From contig OZ240211.1 of NCBI GenBank assembly GCA_965197525.1, positions 1,984,001 through 2,048,000 of the forward strand: a stretch of 64,000 nucleotides of DNA, written 5' to 3'. Shown one piece after another: positions 47,871-62,965 of the stretch. The notes beneath the pieces were generated by a model. It was not told where the DNA came from and searched no databases. It was given only the letters and a program-made list of their open reading frames with translations. Position 1 is the stretch's first letter. Each line of letters begins with the position of its first letter. The translations under genes were made by a program, and so were the position numbers. This DNA comes from Nitrosopumilus sp. (GTDB lineage: Archaea; Thermoproteota; Nitrososphaeria; Nitrososphaerales; Nitrosopumilaceae).

Positions 47871-50767
47871 CCACAGCACCAACACTCACATCAATTGAGA
47901 GATACAATCCTGTTGCTGCAACTACTGACAGCCAGACACTAGTCTACGAGGTGACCTTTAGCGAGGATGTAACCGGAGTGGACAAGATTGACTTTGCCCT
48001 GTCTTCTGATAGCACGGGCGGATCAAGCTCTGCCCAGTTCACACAGACACGTTCTCCTGCCATTGCCATAACTGCAGCTAACACCATAACAGATACCATC
48101 ACAGTTACCGGCTCTGGTACTGTTACGTCAGTCTCTGTCGCCGTGGACGTCTCCCACACGTACAAAGGCGACCTCAAGGTTGATCTTATTGCACCTGATG
48201 GAACCATCAAGACCGTCCACAACCGCTCTGGAGGCAGCGCCGATGACATAGACCAGACATACACACCAGACTTTGCAGGCGTTCCAATTGCAGGTATCTG
48301 GACGCTACAGATAAACGACAACTATGCCACCGCAGACGACGGTACCCTGAACAGCTGGACGCTTACGATCAATCCTGGTAGCAGCAGCAGTGATACATCA
48401 AACCCTGTAACATCGATCTCAGGTTCTGGCGACACGTACCAAGTGACGGTTTTGGCCACACAGGACGGCACATACAACCTTGATCTGATATCGTCAGGGC
48501 ACGATATAACTGATAAATCAAGCAATCCACTAACAGACGTGACTCCAACTACAGGTACTGACGAGACGTATACCGTCAATACTGTACCTGCTGACACCAC
48601 TGCGCCAACACTATCATCAATTGAGCGGTACAATCCATCTACAGAAAACACCGACAACCAGACGCTGACCTACAAGGTGATCTTCAGCGAGGATGTAACC
48701 GGAGTGGACAAGACTGACTTTGCCCTGTCTTCTGATAGCACGGGCGGATCAAGCTCTGCCCAGTTCACACAGACACGTTCTCCTGCCATTGCCATAACTG
48801 CAGCTAACACCATAACAGATACCATCACAGTTACCGGCTCTGGTACTGTTACGTCAGTCTCTGTCGCCGTGGACGTCTCTCACACGTACAAAGGCGACCT
48901 CAAGGTTGATCTTATTGCACCTGATGGAACAATCAAGACCGTCCACAACCGCTCTGGAGGCAGCGCCGATGACATAGACCAGACATACACACCAGACTTT
49001 GCAGGCGTTCCAATTGCAGGTATCTGGACGCTACAGATAAACGACAACTATGCCACCGCAGACGACGGTACCCTGAACAGCTGGACGCTTACGATCAATC
49101 CTGGTAGCAGCAGCAGTGATACATCAAACCCTGTAACATCGATCTCAGGTTCTGGCGACACGTACCAAGTGACGGTTTTGGCCACACAGGACGGCACATA
49201 CAACCTTGATCTGATATCGTCAGGGCACGATATAACTGATAAATCAAGCAATCCACTAACAGACGTGACTCCAACTACAGGTACTGACGAGACGTATACC
49301 GTCAATACTGTACCTGCTGACACCACTGCGCCAACACTATCATCAATTGAGCGGTACAATCCATCTACAGAAAACACCGACAACCAGACGCTGACCTACA
49401 AGGTGATCTTCAGCGAGGATGTAACCGGAGTGGACAAGACTGACTTTGCCCTGTCTTCTGATAGCACGGGCGGATCAAGCTCTGCCCAGTTCACACAGAC
49501 ACGTTCTCCTGCCATTGCCATAACTGCAGCTAACACCATAACAGATACCATCACAGTTACCGGCTCTGGTACTGTTACGTCAGTCTCTGTCGCCGTGGAC
49601 GTCTCCCACACGTACAAAGGCGACCTCAAGGTTGATCTTATTGCACCTGATGGAACCATCAAGACCGTCCACAACCGCTCTGGAGGCAGCGCCGATGACA
49701 TAGACCAGACATACACACCAGACTTTGCAGGCGTTCCAATTGCAGGTATCTGGACGCTACAGATAAACGACAACTATGCCACCGCAGACGACGGTACCCT
49801 GAACAGCTGGACGCTTACGATCAATCCTGGTAGCAGCAGCAGTGATACATCAAACCCTGTAACATCGATCTCAGGTTCTGGCGACACGTACCAAGTGACG
49901 GTTTTGGCCACACAGGACGGCACATACAACCTTGATCTGATATCGTCAGGGCACGATATAACTGATAAATCAAGCAATCCACTAACAGACGTGACTCCAA
50001 CTACAGGTACTGACGAGACGTATACCGTCAATACTGTACCTGCTGACACCACTGCGCCAACACTATCATCAATTGAGCGGTACAATCCATCTACAGAAAA
50101 CACCGACAACCAGACGCTGACCTACAAGGTGATCTTCAGCGAGGATGTAACCGGAGTGGACAAGACTGACTTTGCCCTGTCTTCTGATAGCACGGGCGGA
50201 TCAAGCTCTGCCCAGTTCACACAGACACGTTCTCCTGCCATTGCCATAACTGCAGCTAACACCATAACAGATACCATCACAGTTACCGGCTCTGGTACTG
50301 TTACGTCAGTCTCTGTCGCCGTGGACGTCTCCCACACGTACAAAGGCGACCTCAAGGTTGATCTTATTGCACCTGATGGAACAATCAAGACCGTCCACAA
50401 CCGCTCTGGAGGCAGCGCCGATGACATAGACCAGACATACACACCAGACTTTGCAGGTATTCCAATTGCAGGTATCTGGACGCTACAGATAAACGACAAC
50501 TATGCAGCTGCCGATGATGGTACCCTGAACAGCTGGACGCTTACGATCAATCCTAGTAGCAGCAGCAGTGATACATCAAACCCTGTAACATCGATCTCAG
50601 GTTCTGGCAATACGTATTACGTGACAGTCTCTGCTACACAGGACGGCACATATAACCTTGATCTGGTATCGTCAGGGCACGGGATTATTGACACGGCAAC
50701 CAATCCTCTTACAAACACTACACCTACTGATGCTGACCATACTTACACCGTCAGTACCACAGGTTGA
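46553..50767 (+). CDS. Giant surface protein, part 3: Ig-like plus P-domain repeats (frameshifted continuation)
   Basis: Same modules as part 2; ends DADHTYTVSTTG* with no obvious TM anchor. Confidence 0.85.
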   Translation: MTAFQLDTTINYTADVPSPITSISGSGSQYFVTVSASSDGTYNLDLVQNHGIEDSADNPLTDTATTGVDHTYTVNTVPADTTAPTLTSIERYNPAAATTDSQTLVYEVTFSEAVTGVTQSDFVLSSASTGTAANAITSISGSGSQYFVTVSASSDGTYNLDLVQNHGIEDSADNPLTDTATTGVDHTYTVNTVPADTTAPTLTSIERYNPAVATTDTQTLVYEVTFSEDVTGVDKTDFALSFDSTGGPDPGTGTGQFTQTNSPSTAIAGDQDVVDTISVSNSGNAASVSVDLNITHTYISDLKVDLVAPDGTAKTLHNRSGGSSDDIIATYTPNFNGASISGTWTLQINDDYPSADDGVLNSWTLTINYGDTADVPSPITSISGSGSQYFVTVSASSDGTYNLDLVQNHGIEDSADNPLTDTATTGVDHTYTVNTVPADTTAPTLTSIERYNPVAATTDSQTLVYEVTFSEDVTGVDKIDFALSSDSTGGSSSAQFTQTRSPAIAITAANTITDTITVTGSGTVTSVSVAVDVSHTYKGDLKVDLIAPDGTIKTVHNRSGGSADDIDQTYTPDFAGVPIAGIWTLQINDNYATADDGTLNSWTLTINPGSSSSDTSNPVTSISGSGDTYQVTVLATQDGTYNLDLISSGHDITDKSSNPLTDVTPTTGTDETYTVNTVPADTTAPTLSSIERYNPSTENTDNQTLTYKVIFSEDVTGVDKTDFALSSDSTGGSSSAQFTQTRSPAIAITAANTITDTITVTGSGTVTSVSVAVDVSHTYKGDLKVDLIAPDGTIKTVHNRSGGSADDIDQTYTPDFAGVPIAGIWTLQINDNYATADDGTLNSWTLTINPGSSSSDTSNPVTSISGSGDTYQVTVLATQDGTYNLDLISSGHDITDKSSNPLTDVTPTTGTDETYTVNTVPADTTAPTLSSIERYNPSTENTDNQTLTYKVIFSEDVTGVDKTDFALSSDSTGGSSSAQFTQTRSPAIAITAANTITDTITVTGSGTVTSVSVAVDVSHTYKGDLKVDLIAPDGTIKTVHNRSGGSADDIDQTYTPDFAGVPIAGIWTLQINDNYATADDGTLNSWTLTINPGSSSSDTSNPVTSISGSGDTYQVTVLATQDGTYNLDLISSGHDITDKSSNPLTDVTPTTGTDETYTVNTVPADTTAPTLSSIERYNPSTENTDNQTLTYKVIFSEDVTGVDKTDFALSSDSTGGSSSAQFTQTRSPAIAITAANTITDTITVTGSGTVTSVSVAVDVSHTYKGDLKVDLIAPDGTIKTVHNRSGGSADDIDQTYTPDFAGIPIAGIWTLQINDNYAAADDGTLNSWTLTINPSSSSSDTSNPVTSISGSGNTYYVTVSATQDGTYNLDLVSSGHGIIDTATNPLTNTTPTDADHTYTVSTTG
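47940..50700 (+). repeat. About four near-identical 726-bp coding tandem repeats
   Basis: Shadow ORFs recur at 48322, 49048 and 49774. Boundaries approximate. Confidence 0.88.
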
Positions 50768-50850
50768 GGACACACCATATAGATGCTTGAACGATTCATA
50801 AGTGATATAGCGAGTATTTTATTTTGTGTTTTAAAAGAATTTGGTTATCC

Positions 50851-51273
50851 ATGTATATAATTCCCGATCCATACTTCGATAAGCTTAATTTGGATCACAT
50901 CCAATCTCTACTATTGTCATCTGATGATATCATAATCCTGAATTATCTTGCAGAAAAGGTACATGTTCATCGATGGCCTCAGGATTCGCCTGTCTGGGAT
51001 CCTGCTATGACAAACAGGCTGGATCAATCCATTAACAAAAACCCTGACAAAAAACACATAACAATCAAAGACAACACACTGTTAATTGAGAATTTTACGT
51101 TTCGCTCTCTTTGTAACATTGGAGTGTCAGTTCCTTTCTTCAAAGAAGAATGCACCATGATTCTAGAGGCTCAATTCTGTGATCTCTATGCTCATATTCA
51201 CATAACTACACGCTCTGAAAATTATATCGATATCTTTCATCAATTAACCACTTGGAAGAAAAATCTAATCTAA
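50851..51273 (+). CDS. Hypothetical protein
   Basis: ATG at 50851 (MYIIPD...) inside ORF 50824..51273. Confidence 0.7.
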   Translation: MYIIPDPYFDKLNLDHIQSLLLSSDDIIILNYLAEKVHVHRWPQDSPVWDPAMTNRLDQSINKNPDKKHITIKDNTLLIENFTFRSLCNIGVSVPFFKEECTMILEAQFCDLYAHIHITTRSENYIDIFHQLTTWKKNLI

Positions 51274-51299
51274 GACCTTCTGGTTATTTGTTGTATATT

Positions 51300-52601
51300 T
51301 TAAAAATTCTCAGATGCTGTAACCATATCTTTGATATCTTTTTTTGTATGGACATCTGATATTGCCCCCAACTTTCCAGGCAAAAAGAATATTCCATCGC
51401 TTGCAATCATCTTAAAATGATATTTGTGTAGCATTCCTTGATCACACATTGCAGCATGCTCCGAGTTTGTTATCTCTGTTATCCTGTCTTTTTTAAAATG
51501 GGTCATAAACAATGAACCCTTTCCTGTGGCTATGACTCTGCCATCAAACACCTTTGTTAACTCTTTTCTTGCAAAATCTCCCAGTGAATTAATCTTTGAA
51601 TAAATCGATCTCTTTGATCCTAGTCTGTACAGCGTGTTATACCCTGCAGTCATTGATGCTGGATTTGCAGAAAACGTTCCGCCTCCAATATATGCTCGTT
51701 CTGATTTCTTCTTATTTTTATTATTTGTCTGCGCATGGTTCATAATCTCATCTTTGCCGCATATTACCCCGATTGACATTCCTCCTCCTACAATCTTCCC
51801 TAACGTGACAATATCAGGATCCAAACTCATGGTTGGATACAAACATCCATACCTAAACCTAAATCCGGTAACTATCTCATCTAAAATAAATATGGATTTG
51901 TTCTTTTGAATAAATTCCTGTATGCCTTTGAGATACTCCTTTGTCGCAGGTATACATCCACCACCGCCTAAAACCGGCTCAATTATGACCCCTGCCAACT
52001 CTTTTGAATACTTTTTCAATATTTTTAGAGACATTTCCAAATCATTGTACGGAATTGATATGATGTCCTCTTCATTTGTCATTCCCCTGCTCTCTGATTC
52101 TGTAAATGGCCAATTAACACTCTTTAACAGGTCAGATGTATATCCGTGCCATCCTCCATCAATCTTTGCAATTATCTTTTTGCCTGTAATGGAACGCGCC
52201 AATCTGACCGCATACATTGTTGCCTCTGTTCCTGATGTGACGTATCGAATCTTTTCTGCAACAGGGACTGATTTTGAGATCAATCTTGACAGTTCCATTG
52301 TCTGTTCATTTACTGTTCCATACATCCAACTCTTATCAATTTGTTTTTTTAGCGGCTCTCTAACACTCTTTGGGCCATGTCCCAATATCAAACTCCAGTG
52401 ACCCATCCAATAGTCTGTATACCTGTTATCGTCCACATCTACTAATTTTGTTCCTTTTGATGCCTTGGTTACAAATGGATATGGTTCATAAAATCGTATG
52501 TTATGACTTACACCGTCTACATGGATCTTTTCAGACTTTGCAAATATTTTGGCAGATGTCCTAGTCTTCTTTTTGTACTCTGAGATGTGATTCAAAACCA
52601 T
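51300..52601 (-). CDS. hemL: Glutamate-1-semialdehyde 2,1-aminomutase (class III aminotransferase)
   Basis: [45 protein letters not shown]; ATG at 52601. Confidence 0.85.
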   Translation of the reverse strand: MVLNHISEYKKKTRTSAKIFAKSEKIHVDGVSHNIRFYEPYPFVTKASKGTKLVDVDDNRYTDYWMGHWSLILGHGPKSVREPLKKQIDKSWMYGTVNEQTMELSRLISKSVPVAEKIRYVTSGTEATMYAVRLARSITGKKIIAKIDGGWHGYTSDLLKSVNWPFTESESRGMTNEEDIISIPYNDLEMSLKILKKYSKELAGVIIEPVLGGGGCIPATKEYLKGIQEFIQKNKSIFILDEIVTGFRFRYGCLYPTMSLDPDIVTLGKIVGGGMSIGVICGKDEIMNHAQTNNKNKKKSERAYIGGGTFSANPASMTAGYNTLYRLGSKRSIYSKINSLGDFARKELTKVFDGRVIATGKGSLFMTHFKKDRITEITNSEHAAMCDQGMLHKYHFKMIASDGIFFLPGKLGAISDVHTKKDIKDMVTASENF

Positions 52602-52714
52602 TTTGTGCAACAATAACTATAATTTTAATCATTGAATTTCAGACGATTTAGTTGGGTATTTGCTAAATTCTGCTCTACTCAAATAACTATTCAATATCTT
52701 CTATAGCTTCGCGT

Positions 52715-52727
52715 ATAGTTTATATGG
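52715..52727 (+). promoter_or_regulatory. Putative TATA box of the rRNA operon
   Basis: TTTATAT at 52719-25, about 215 bp upstream of 16S and just before a structured leader. Confidence 0.4.
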
Positions 52728-52938
52728 ATTCTGAGAACACCACTTTCTGCATACGTAACGCAATAGGCGGCGCTTGTGATGAAGTATGGTATTATGCCAT
52801 TTTGTGATTCATGGGCCTCCAGTTACGCATACAAAATGAGGATCTGATCAAAAGATCAAATCTGAGATGTGAAGATTATGTGCATCCGTCAATTCCAATT
52901 TAGTACAAATGTACTTCAATAATCAAAATTTAAAGCAG

Positions 52939-54409
<1,471 letters not shown>

Positions 54410-54571
54410 TAGATATGGAAAGTGTACGGATGCACTATTCTTCACATTGAGTCATCGATGCAATGCATCACGAAAGTGGTGTATGAAGGATGTAGCAGGT
54501 CTCTGCCAGGAGACTTGCAATGATCGTCGTGCATAGTCGTGTAATATGTGGCTGAATATACTGGTGTAAAG

Positions 54572-57541
<2,970 letters not shown>

Positions 57542-57900
57542 CACATCAGTTCAGCCACTTACATAGAGACTATGCGCGATGGATCATTTTTATTCATTCA
57601 TCCATCATATCATAAAATACAATATACACGACTTGTACGATGATTTCATTTTTAATCATGTTTAGCGGACGCTATGCATTTTTTTAATAATGATATGGAA
57701 TTTTTATAGGACAAATTTTATTTCAAACCATGCTAGCTGATGCTATACACAATTCTTTATTGCGCATTAATTTTTGTAAACCTACTTTCCTCAAATAACG
57801 TTGCTGCAAGTACTACATACTACAACCAAAGATATAATGTTGCCAGCTCTGCCAAAAACTAAAAGAGTATCTTGACTGTTCTATTATTTGTATTCCAAAT

Positions 57901-58401
57901 CTAATCTTTGATGTATCTGTCTCCTGATACATCATCATCATCTATTCCTTTTATCTTTACAACTATTGTGTCTCCCAATTTGTTGAAAATACGCTGACGT
58001 TTCTCATTAGTTATTATCAACCCTAAAATGAAATCTACTGGTAATAGAATTGTTTTTCCAAAACTGCTTAACACCACTCCTTTCAGGGTTGGTCTATCTC
58101 CGTTTATATCTACTACCATTAAATTCAGTGCTCTTTTTCCAATACTTTGACCTTTTACATATTCTAAAACCGTCCAATAGCTAAAGAACGTAATAACGTA
58201 TGTCACTGATGATACGTTTTCGACCCATTGGCTCTCATCGCTAATACTGTTACCAAATATTACTTCAATTATGAAAATATTTACCATGATCAAAATCATT
58301 AAAATGATCATAAAGTCAACTATCCATGCAAAAAATCTGTCTGTCCATTTTGCAATTATAATATTTGAATCATTGTAACGATCTGTGCTACTCATACCCA
58401 T
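57901..58401 (-). CDS. RDD family membrane protein
   Basis: DRFFAWIVD, GQSIGKRALNLMVV, QRIFNKLGDTIVV. Confidence 0.9.
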   Translation of the reverse strand: MGMSSTDRYNDSNIIIAKWTDRFFAWIVDFMIILMILIMVNIFIIEVIFGNSISDESQWVENVSSVTYVITFFSYWTVLEYVKGQSIGKRALNLMVVDINGDRPTLKGVVLSSFGKTILLPVDFILGLIITNEKRQRIFNKLGDTIVVKIKGIDDDDVSGDRYIKD

Positions 58402-58615
58402 TACTTTCTCATTCTATTAATAAAGTGTCTTGATGCTATAATGTTGAATTTTGTTTATTGATGCCATTCTAATCAAGAGTATTACGTACATGCGTGGTGG
58501 TGGAATAGTACGATAAATTTCAAAAACAAATACAAAATTCTGCCTTGTAAACGGGTGTTGAGGAGCCACATCTAAAAATTAATAGTATAATTTCTTAACA
58601 AATTTAGAAATAACT

Positions 58616-59449
58616 GTGGCATCTATCAACCCTCTTGAGTTACTCTTGTGGACGTTTCGACGAAATGAAAGAGATGTAGTGAATCTTTATACCTCTCTCT
58701 CGCCATTGATGCAACTAGCTACGGGCAGCTCCATGCTTAATTTTGGACTCTGGTCAAAAGACCATTACGAGCCTGTATCTGCTCAAAACAATTTATGCAT
58801 GGTATTTGCAGACATGGCCAAACTATCTTCTGCACACCGTGTAGTTGATGTGGGTAGCGGGTTATCTGCACCATCTAAGCTATGGCGAGATACGTACTCT
58901 AATATTCAACTCTATGATGTGAATATTAATTTCAAGCAACTGGCATTTTCTGGAACGCAACCAAACATCGAGTTTCTTAATTCCACCTCTACAAATCTCC
59001 CTTTTGCTGATAATTCTGTTGATCGTGTGTTGGCCCTAGAATCTGCACAACACTTCAAACCACTGTCTGGTTTTATCTATGAATCTAAAAGAATTCTAAC
59101 AAAATCTGGACTGCTTGTCATTGCAATCCCTGTAGCTACCAATGACACGTCTCTAAGAGATTTGGGACTCTTAAAATTCACGTGGTCCTCTGAGCATTAT
59201 AGTCTAGATTATATTAGAGACTTAATTACGTCTTTTGATTTTTTAATATCTGACGAAAAACTAGTTGGTCAAAATGTGTACGAACCTCTTGCTGATTATT
59301 ATGTTAAACACCGCTCACATCTAAAGAAATTAATTTTGCAAGATTACGCTTCCTATGTTGAACGCATCTTGTTTAAATCATTACAAAAAATGAAAAAAGC
59401 ATCTGAATCAAAGATAATTGATTATGCTTTACTACAGTGTCATCTGTAG
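58616..59449 (+). CDS. Class I SAM-dependent methyltransferase
   Basis: MLNFGLW, RVVDVGSGLS, LPFADNSVDRVLALESAQHF. Confidence 0.9.
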   Translation: MASINPLELLLWTFRRNERDVVNLYTSLSPLMQLATGSSMLNFGLWSKDHYEPVSAQNNLCMVFADMAKLSSAHRVVDVGSGLSAPSKLWRDTYSNIQLYDVNINFKQLAFSGTQPNIEFLNSTSTNLPFADNSVDRVLALESAQHFKPLSGFIYESKRILTKSGLLVIAIPVATNDTSLRDLGLLKFTWSSEHYSLDYIRDLITSFDFLISDEKLVGQNVYEPLADYYVKHRSHLKKLILQDYASYVERILFKSLQKMKKASESKIIDYALLQCHL

Positions 59450-59752
59450 TCTGTTCTACTACTTGATGGATATAGCCCAGTCTATTTTCTATAAAATGAT
59501 CTTTTGATTTATTTCTTCCATTGTTATTTGTCTTATCAAATCATGTTTGTTATGAAATCTTTTTTCAACAGTCCTGCTGTTATTACTATATTACAATCTA
59601 ATACCGGCCAACTAATATGCATCAACTGTATGCTCAATCATAATCGTTTTATTCATGTGATCTATGCTACCTAGATTCATATTTTGTTGTATGGGCACTA
59701 TATAGTTGAAATTGGCTAAGTTTTTATTTTTGCTATCCAAACCTATTATATC

Positions 59753-60136
59753 ATGACTGATATTAGTCTAGAACTGTATCGTAAAAAATGCAATCAACTT
59801 TTAGCGGAATCTGAGATTAGATTCGCAGGTATTGTTGATACGGATGGCAATATAGTTGCAGGAGGCTTCAAAGAGGGACTTGTACCACACGAAGGCGATG
59901 AGACTCGTCTTCAGGCATTCTTGGAATTTGTATCTAAGATATCTATCAGAAAAGATTACGATAAAAGCCTAGGCCCAATCAACTATCTTGCAGCCAGACG
60001 TGATAAAGCTGTATTGATAAGCTTTCCATTTCCGGTTACCCATATCTTGTTGTTAATCTCTGCCGAACCAACTGCTAATATCGAAAATCTTGCAACCAAA
60101 GTCATAGAAATATTCACTGATACTGCCTCAACTTGA
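59753..60136 (+). CDS. Thaumarchaeal roadblock/profilin-like protein (DUF6659-type)
   Basis: IRFAGIVD..G.IVAGG, LGPINY...RRDKAVLISFP. Confidence 0.7.
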   Translation: MTDISLELYRKKCNQLLAESEIRFAGIVDTDGNIVAGGFKEGLVPHEGDETRLQAFLEFVSKISIRKDYDKSLGPINYLAARRDKAVLISFPFPVTHILLLISAEPTANIENLATKVIEIFTDTAST

Positions 60137-60290
60137 TCAAAAACAAAGCAAAACAAAACAAACTACAAGCCTTGACTATGCTCTGATACTCTTCCAGGCA
60201 TCTAATCCGTCTCATCTAATATACTGAATCTGCATATATCATCTTAGTTATGATATACTTTTAATTTGGCACTCTCAACTGATCATTGAA

Positions 60291-60746
60291 TTGAAAGCTA
60301 CGTTTGGCGCAGGATGTTTTTGGCATGTTGAGGATCTGCTATCTAAAACCCACGGTGTAAAATCTACCACAGTAGGTTATGCAGGCGGACAGCTCTCTGA
60401 TCCCACCTATGAGGAGGTCTGCACTGATAACACCGGACATGCAGAAGCAGTCCAGATAGAATTTGATCCCTCTGAGATCTCTTTTGATCAATTACTTGAT
60501 GTGTTCTGGAATAACCACAACCCGACAACCTTGAATCGTCAAGGTCCTGATATGGGACGTCAATATCGCTCAGTAATATTCTATCACAACGAAGAGCAAA
60601 GAGAGATTGCAGAGAAATCGTGTCAAGCACTTGACCGATCAGGAAAACACAAAGACCCAATAGTCACTGAAATTGTTCCTGCTCCCATATTTTACAAAGC
60701 AGAGGAATATCATCAAAAATATTTCAAAAAACACGGGTTCTCTTAA
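60291..60746 (+). CDS. msrA: Peptide-methionine (S)-S-oxide reductase
   Basis: FGAGCFW, GYAGG, PTYEEVC, TGHAEAV, QGPD.G.QYRS, AEEYHQ.Y. Confidence 0.97.
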   Translation: MKATFGAGCFWHVEDLLSKTHGVKSTTVGYAGGQLSDPTYEEVCTDNTGHAEAVQIEFDPSEISFDQLLDVFWNNHNPTTLNRQGPDMGRQYRSVIFYHNEEQREIAEKSCQALDRSGKHKDPIVTEIVPAPIFYKAEEYHQKYFKKHGFS

Positions 60747-60752
60747 TAGCAG

Positions 60753-61187
60753 TTAGTTTACAACCACTACTGGAATCTTTGATGTATGTATAACATATTT
60801 TGATACACTTCCAAAGAACATTTCTTTTGTAGCGCTCCTTCCACGTGGTCCGATGACTATCATATCGTATTTGTCTTTTCCGTGTGTATGATCAATTATG
60901 TTGTATCCTGCATCTCCATTTAGAATCTTTGAATCAAAGACTATATCATTTTGTGCCGCTAGTTCTTTTGCCTTGTCCATCACTTCATTTATTTTTGCAA
61001 TATGCTTGTCTGACACCTCTCCTTCGCCCTTGAATTCTGTGTGTGAGGGTACGTGCAGACTGTATATTCCGGTGATTGTTGCACCACAGTTCTTGGCAAG
61101 TACGATGGCAGTCTCTAAGCCTTTATGGGCATTCTTTGAGCCATCAAGCGGCACCAAAATCTTGGTGATCTTTGTTTTCAGCATCAT
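60753..61187 (-). CDS. Universal stress protein
   Basis: KILVPLDGS, DMIVIGPRG, FFGSVSKYV; ATG at 61187 preferred. Confidence 0.92.
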   Translation of the reverse strand: MMLKTKITKILVPLDGSKNAHKGLETAIVLAKNCGATITGIYSLHVPSHTEFKGEGEVSDKHIAKINEVMDKAKELAAQNDIVFDSKILNGDAGYNIIDHTHGKDKYDMIVIGPRGRSATKEMFFGSVSKYVIHTSKIPVVVVN

Positions 61188-61308
61188 CGTTATTTCCATG
61201 GATTTGATCTTAAAAAACATATGCCATTGCTAATAACTCGAAGATTTGGCAACATCGTTGAATTTCCTTGATATTAACTAAATTTATCTAGTCATCTTAT
61301 ATGCTGTT

Positions 61309-62106
61309 ATGTTAATGGAAGAAAAATTCCTATGTATTGATGGGAATAAAATCCGATATCTTGCAGCCGGAACATCAAAAAATACCCTCGTATTGCTTCA
61401 CGGGTTGGGCGGCTCAGCTGAGAGATGGCTTCCTGTAATCCCACTATTTGAAAAACACTTTCATGTTATAGTGCCTGACATCATCGGATTTGGATACAGT
61501 GACAAACCTATAGCCGATTACACGCTTGATTTTTTTTTGAGATTTCTTGAACGTTTTTTCAAGGCAGCCCGTATACCTAAACCTTGTATAATTGGCTCCT
61601 CTCTTGGAGGACATCTTGCAGCTTCCTATGCTGCATTACATCCTAAAAGCATCAAAAAACTTGTTCTGGTCTCTCCTGCAGGAACAATGAAGAGCTCCAC
61701 AAAATCCCTTGATGCATATATAATGGCTGCCATGTATCCCACTAGAAAAAACACTTCTCTTGCATTTGAGTTAATGGAAGGCTCTGGAAAGAAAATTCCT
61801 GATTCGATTATCGATGAGTTTGTAATACGTATGAAACTCCCCAATGCAAAACTTGCATTCATGTCTACAATCCTAGGAATGAAAAGTTCTAAATCCATTG
61901 TGTCTGAACTTTCTTCTATCTCCACGCCGACCTTGCTTGTCTGGGGCGTCAATGACAGTGTTATTCCAATTGAATTTTCAAATGAATTTGTCTCCGCAAT
62001 TCCAAATGTCACATTTCTTAAAATAAAAAATTCCGGACACACTCCATATGTAGAGCATCCTAAATTGTTTACAAATAGGGTGCTGCAGTTTCTAAATGAC
62101 AGCTGA
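61309..62106 (+). CDS. Alpha/beta fold hydrolase
   Basis: LHGLGG, PDIIGFGYS, GSSLGG nucleophile elbow, WG..D, SGHTP. Confidence 0.92.
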   Translation: MLMEEKFLCIDGNKIRYLAAGTSKNTLVLLHGLGGSAERWLPVIPLFEKHFHVIVPDIIGFGYSDKPIADYTLDFFLRFLERFFKAARIPKPCIIGSSLGGHLAASYAALHPKSIKKLVLVSPAGTMKSSTKSLDAYIMAAMYPTRKNTSLAFELMEGSGKKIPDSIIDEFVIRMKLPNAKLAFMSTILGMKSSKSIVSELSSISTPTLLVWGVNDSVIPIEFSNEFVSAIPNVTFLKIKNSGHTPYVEHPKLFTNRVLQFLNDS

Positions 62107-62539
62107 TGACTGCATCTGCAAATGACTGGTTGCTATTATTAGCTGATTTGGGATTATTCTAGTTCATGCATACATAATAAAACGAGAGTCTGTTTTAATT
62201 CTGCACAACGAGTCCGTCTATTTTTTTCCAGCCCAATACATTCTTAATCATTCGTTATTCATTATACATTTCCTCTTCACATTCATAAATTAATTCTATC
62301 CAGATTCAATCATTTGAACTGTTTTAACCTATAAAATATTACATACTTTTTTTTTCTACGTATTCTAGACTGTTTATCGCGGTATTGTCTTTGTAATTGG
62401 TTCTGGATTCTTATTTGATACCAACCAAAATGTCATCTGTTTTTGTATCTTTGTAGTGGATATTGTTGTACCAAAGAAAACATGCTCTTTTTTTACATCT
62501 TTGAGTTCATTTAAATATGGTTAATTCCATTCATTACCT

Positions 62540-62965
62540 ATGAGCGGTAACCAAAACCTATACGATCCTTCTGAGATGTTCAAATCTTGGATACGTAAAA
62601 GCGGACGTGCGCAGGCCGAATTTGTAAAAAATTTCGGTTCTCTAATGTCAGCTCAGTCTAACAAGGCATTTGATCCATTAGAGACACTAAAAGGCGTTTC
62701 TGAGAGCGCAAGACAGACTCAGTCAGCGATGATCGATAGCGTATCATCTATGCAGACTCAAAGCATGGATGCAATGCTAAACATCAGCAGATTACTGCCC
62801 TCTTTTATGAATTGGGGTGCTTACAAGACTACAATTAGTAGTAATGGAAGAATCTCAATACCTGAAGCCGAACGCAATGCACTTGGTCTAGGCGATGGTG
62901 ACTTGGTACAAGTTATTATCCTACCAATCGCTAAGAATTCAAAAAATAAGGAGGTGAAACAATGA
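62540..62965 (+). CDS. AbrB/MazE-domain protein, PhaR-like regulator of the PHA cluster
   Basis: C-terminal SSNGRISIPEAERNALGLGDGDLVQV (AbrB fold); helical N-terminus; next to phasin-like and phaC genes. Confidence 0.75.
   Translation: MSGNQNLYDPSEMFKSWIRKSGRAQAEFVKNFGSLMSAQSNKAFDPLETLKGVSESARQTQSAMIDSVSSMQTQSMDAMLNISRLLPSFMNWGAYKTTISSNGRISIPEAERNALGLGDGDLVQVIILPIAKNSKNKEVKQ

Noticed and set aside
34261-50499. Many 60-190-aa antisense ORFs in the giant gene
   Set aside because: They recur with the repeat period and reflect codon bias of the sense gene.
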